Shown in pieces: positions 38,141-38,442 of a stretch of 38,442 nucleotides of DNA. The stretch lies in the IMG/VR virus record IMGVR_UViG_3300030433_001259, positions 1 to 38,442 of that record. One strand, given 5' to 3'. A program made the translations under genes and the position numbers. Position 1 is the first letter of the stretch. The number at the start of each line of letters is the position of its first letter. The DNA is from a virus. Taxonomy: Duplodnaviria; Caudoviricetes. The notes below the pieces were generated by a model that was given only the letters and a program-made list of their open reading frames with translations, did no database searches and was not told the DNA's origin.

Positions 38141-38442
38141 TTATTTATTGTTATTTTGTTGTTGTTCATTTTTCTTAGACGATCCGCCGAAAAAGAAATC
38201 GACCACCGTATTTACTTTAGCACTCATAGCGCCAAATATTGTAGAGACAAAGCTTATTTCAAACTCGCCCATATTTATATCACCTATTACAAAGTATCTA
38301 AACATCATAAAGCTTAATCCAAAGTACGCTGCTGTAAATAGCGTAGCAAGGATTTTTTGAATAAGCGCATCGTCTTTATACATATCCCTAGCGCTCTTTC
38401 TGTCTTCAACTTCTTTGGCGAAAGCTTCAGCTTCGGCTTCGA
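38141..38442 (-). CDS. Holin-like membrane protein (5' partial; frame open to the right edge)
   Basis: Frame continues upstream of the track start: EAEAEAFAKEVEDRKSARDMYKDD, then two hydrophobic helices and VVDFFFGGSSK, resembling GTA-type 3TM holins. Confidence 0.55.
   Translation of the reverse strand, partial: EAEAEAFAKEVEDRKSARDMYKDDALIQKILATLFTAAYFGLSFMMFRYFVIGDINMGEFEISFVSTIFGAMSAKVNTVVDFFFGGSSKKNEQQQNNNK

Noticed and set aside
257-38360. All short + strand ORFs in the track
   Set aside because: They lie antisense to long, tightly tiled - strand genes and show no recognisable motifs; treated as shadow ORFs.
1-38442. Stop-codon reassignment as seen in some crAss-like phages
   Set aside because: The standard code gives near-complete coding density with uninterrupted long ORFs.
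1-38442. tRNA, rRNA, CRISPR array, integrase, transposase, DGR reverse transcriptase
   Set aside because: None seen; intergenic gaps are too short and no matching motifs were found by eye.

Overview
AT-rich, gene-dense segment of a tailed dsDNA phage genome with no recognisable cellular genes. All credible genes lie on the - strand and form a virion morphogenesis module. From right to left: holin-like membrane protein (partial), small virion proteins, tandem GroES-like protein, probable TerS, TerL, portal, scaffold, major capsid protein, ring/adaptor proteins, a 2156-aa tail stabilisation/nozzle protein, three probable ejection proteins (248, 507 and 3871 aa), a fibre-like protein, an L,D-transpeptidase(YkuD)-like enzyme and a partial secreted protein. 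Gene order and protein sizes suggest a podovirus of aquatic Bacteroidota (Cellulophaga phi38:1-like or a distant crAss relative); this is inference from motifs, not a database result. The most interesting element is the 3871-aa putative injected polyvalent protein. It carries an EF-hand loop, a HExxH metallopeptidase motif, a sigma70 region-2-like segment, a possible His-Me nuclease-like segment, a HAD phosphatase with a P-loop kinase nested inside it, and paired C-terminal CCCH fingers. A repeated 20-bp intergenic motif (candidate phage promoter) and two intrinsic terminators are also visible. All domain calls are by-eye motif recognition and need profile or structure searches.
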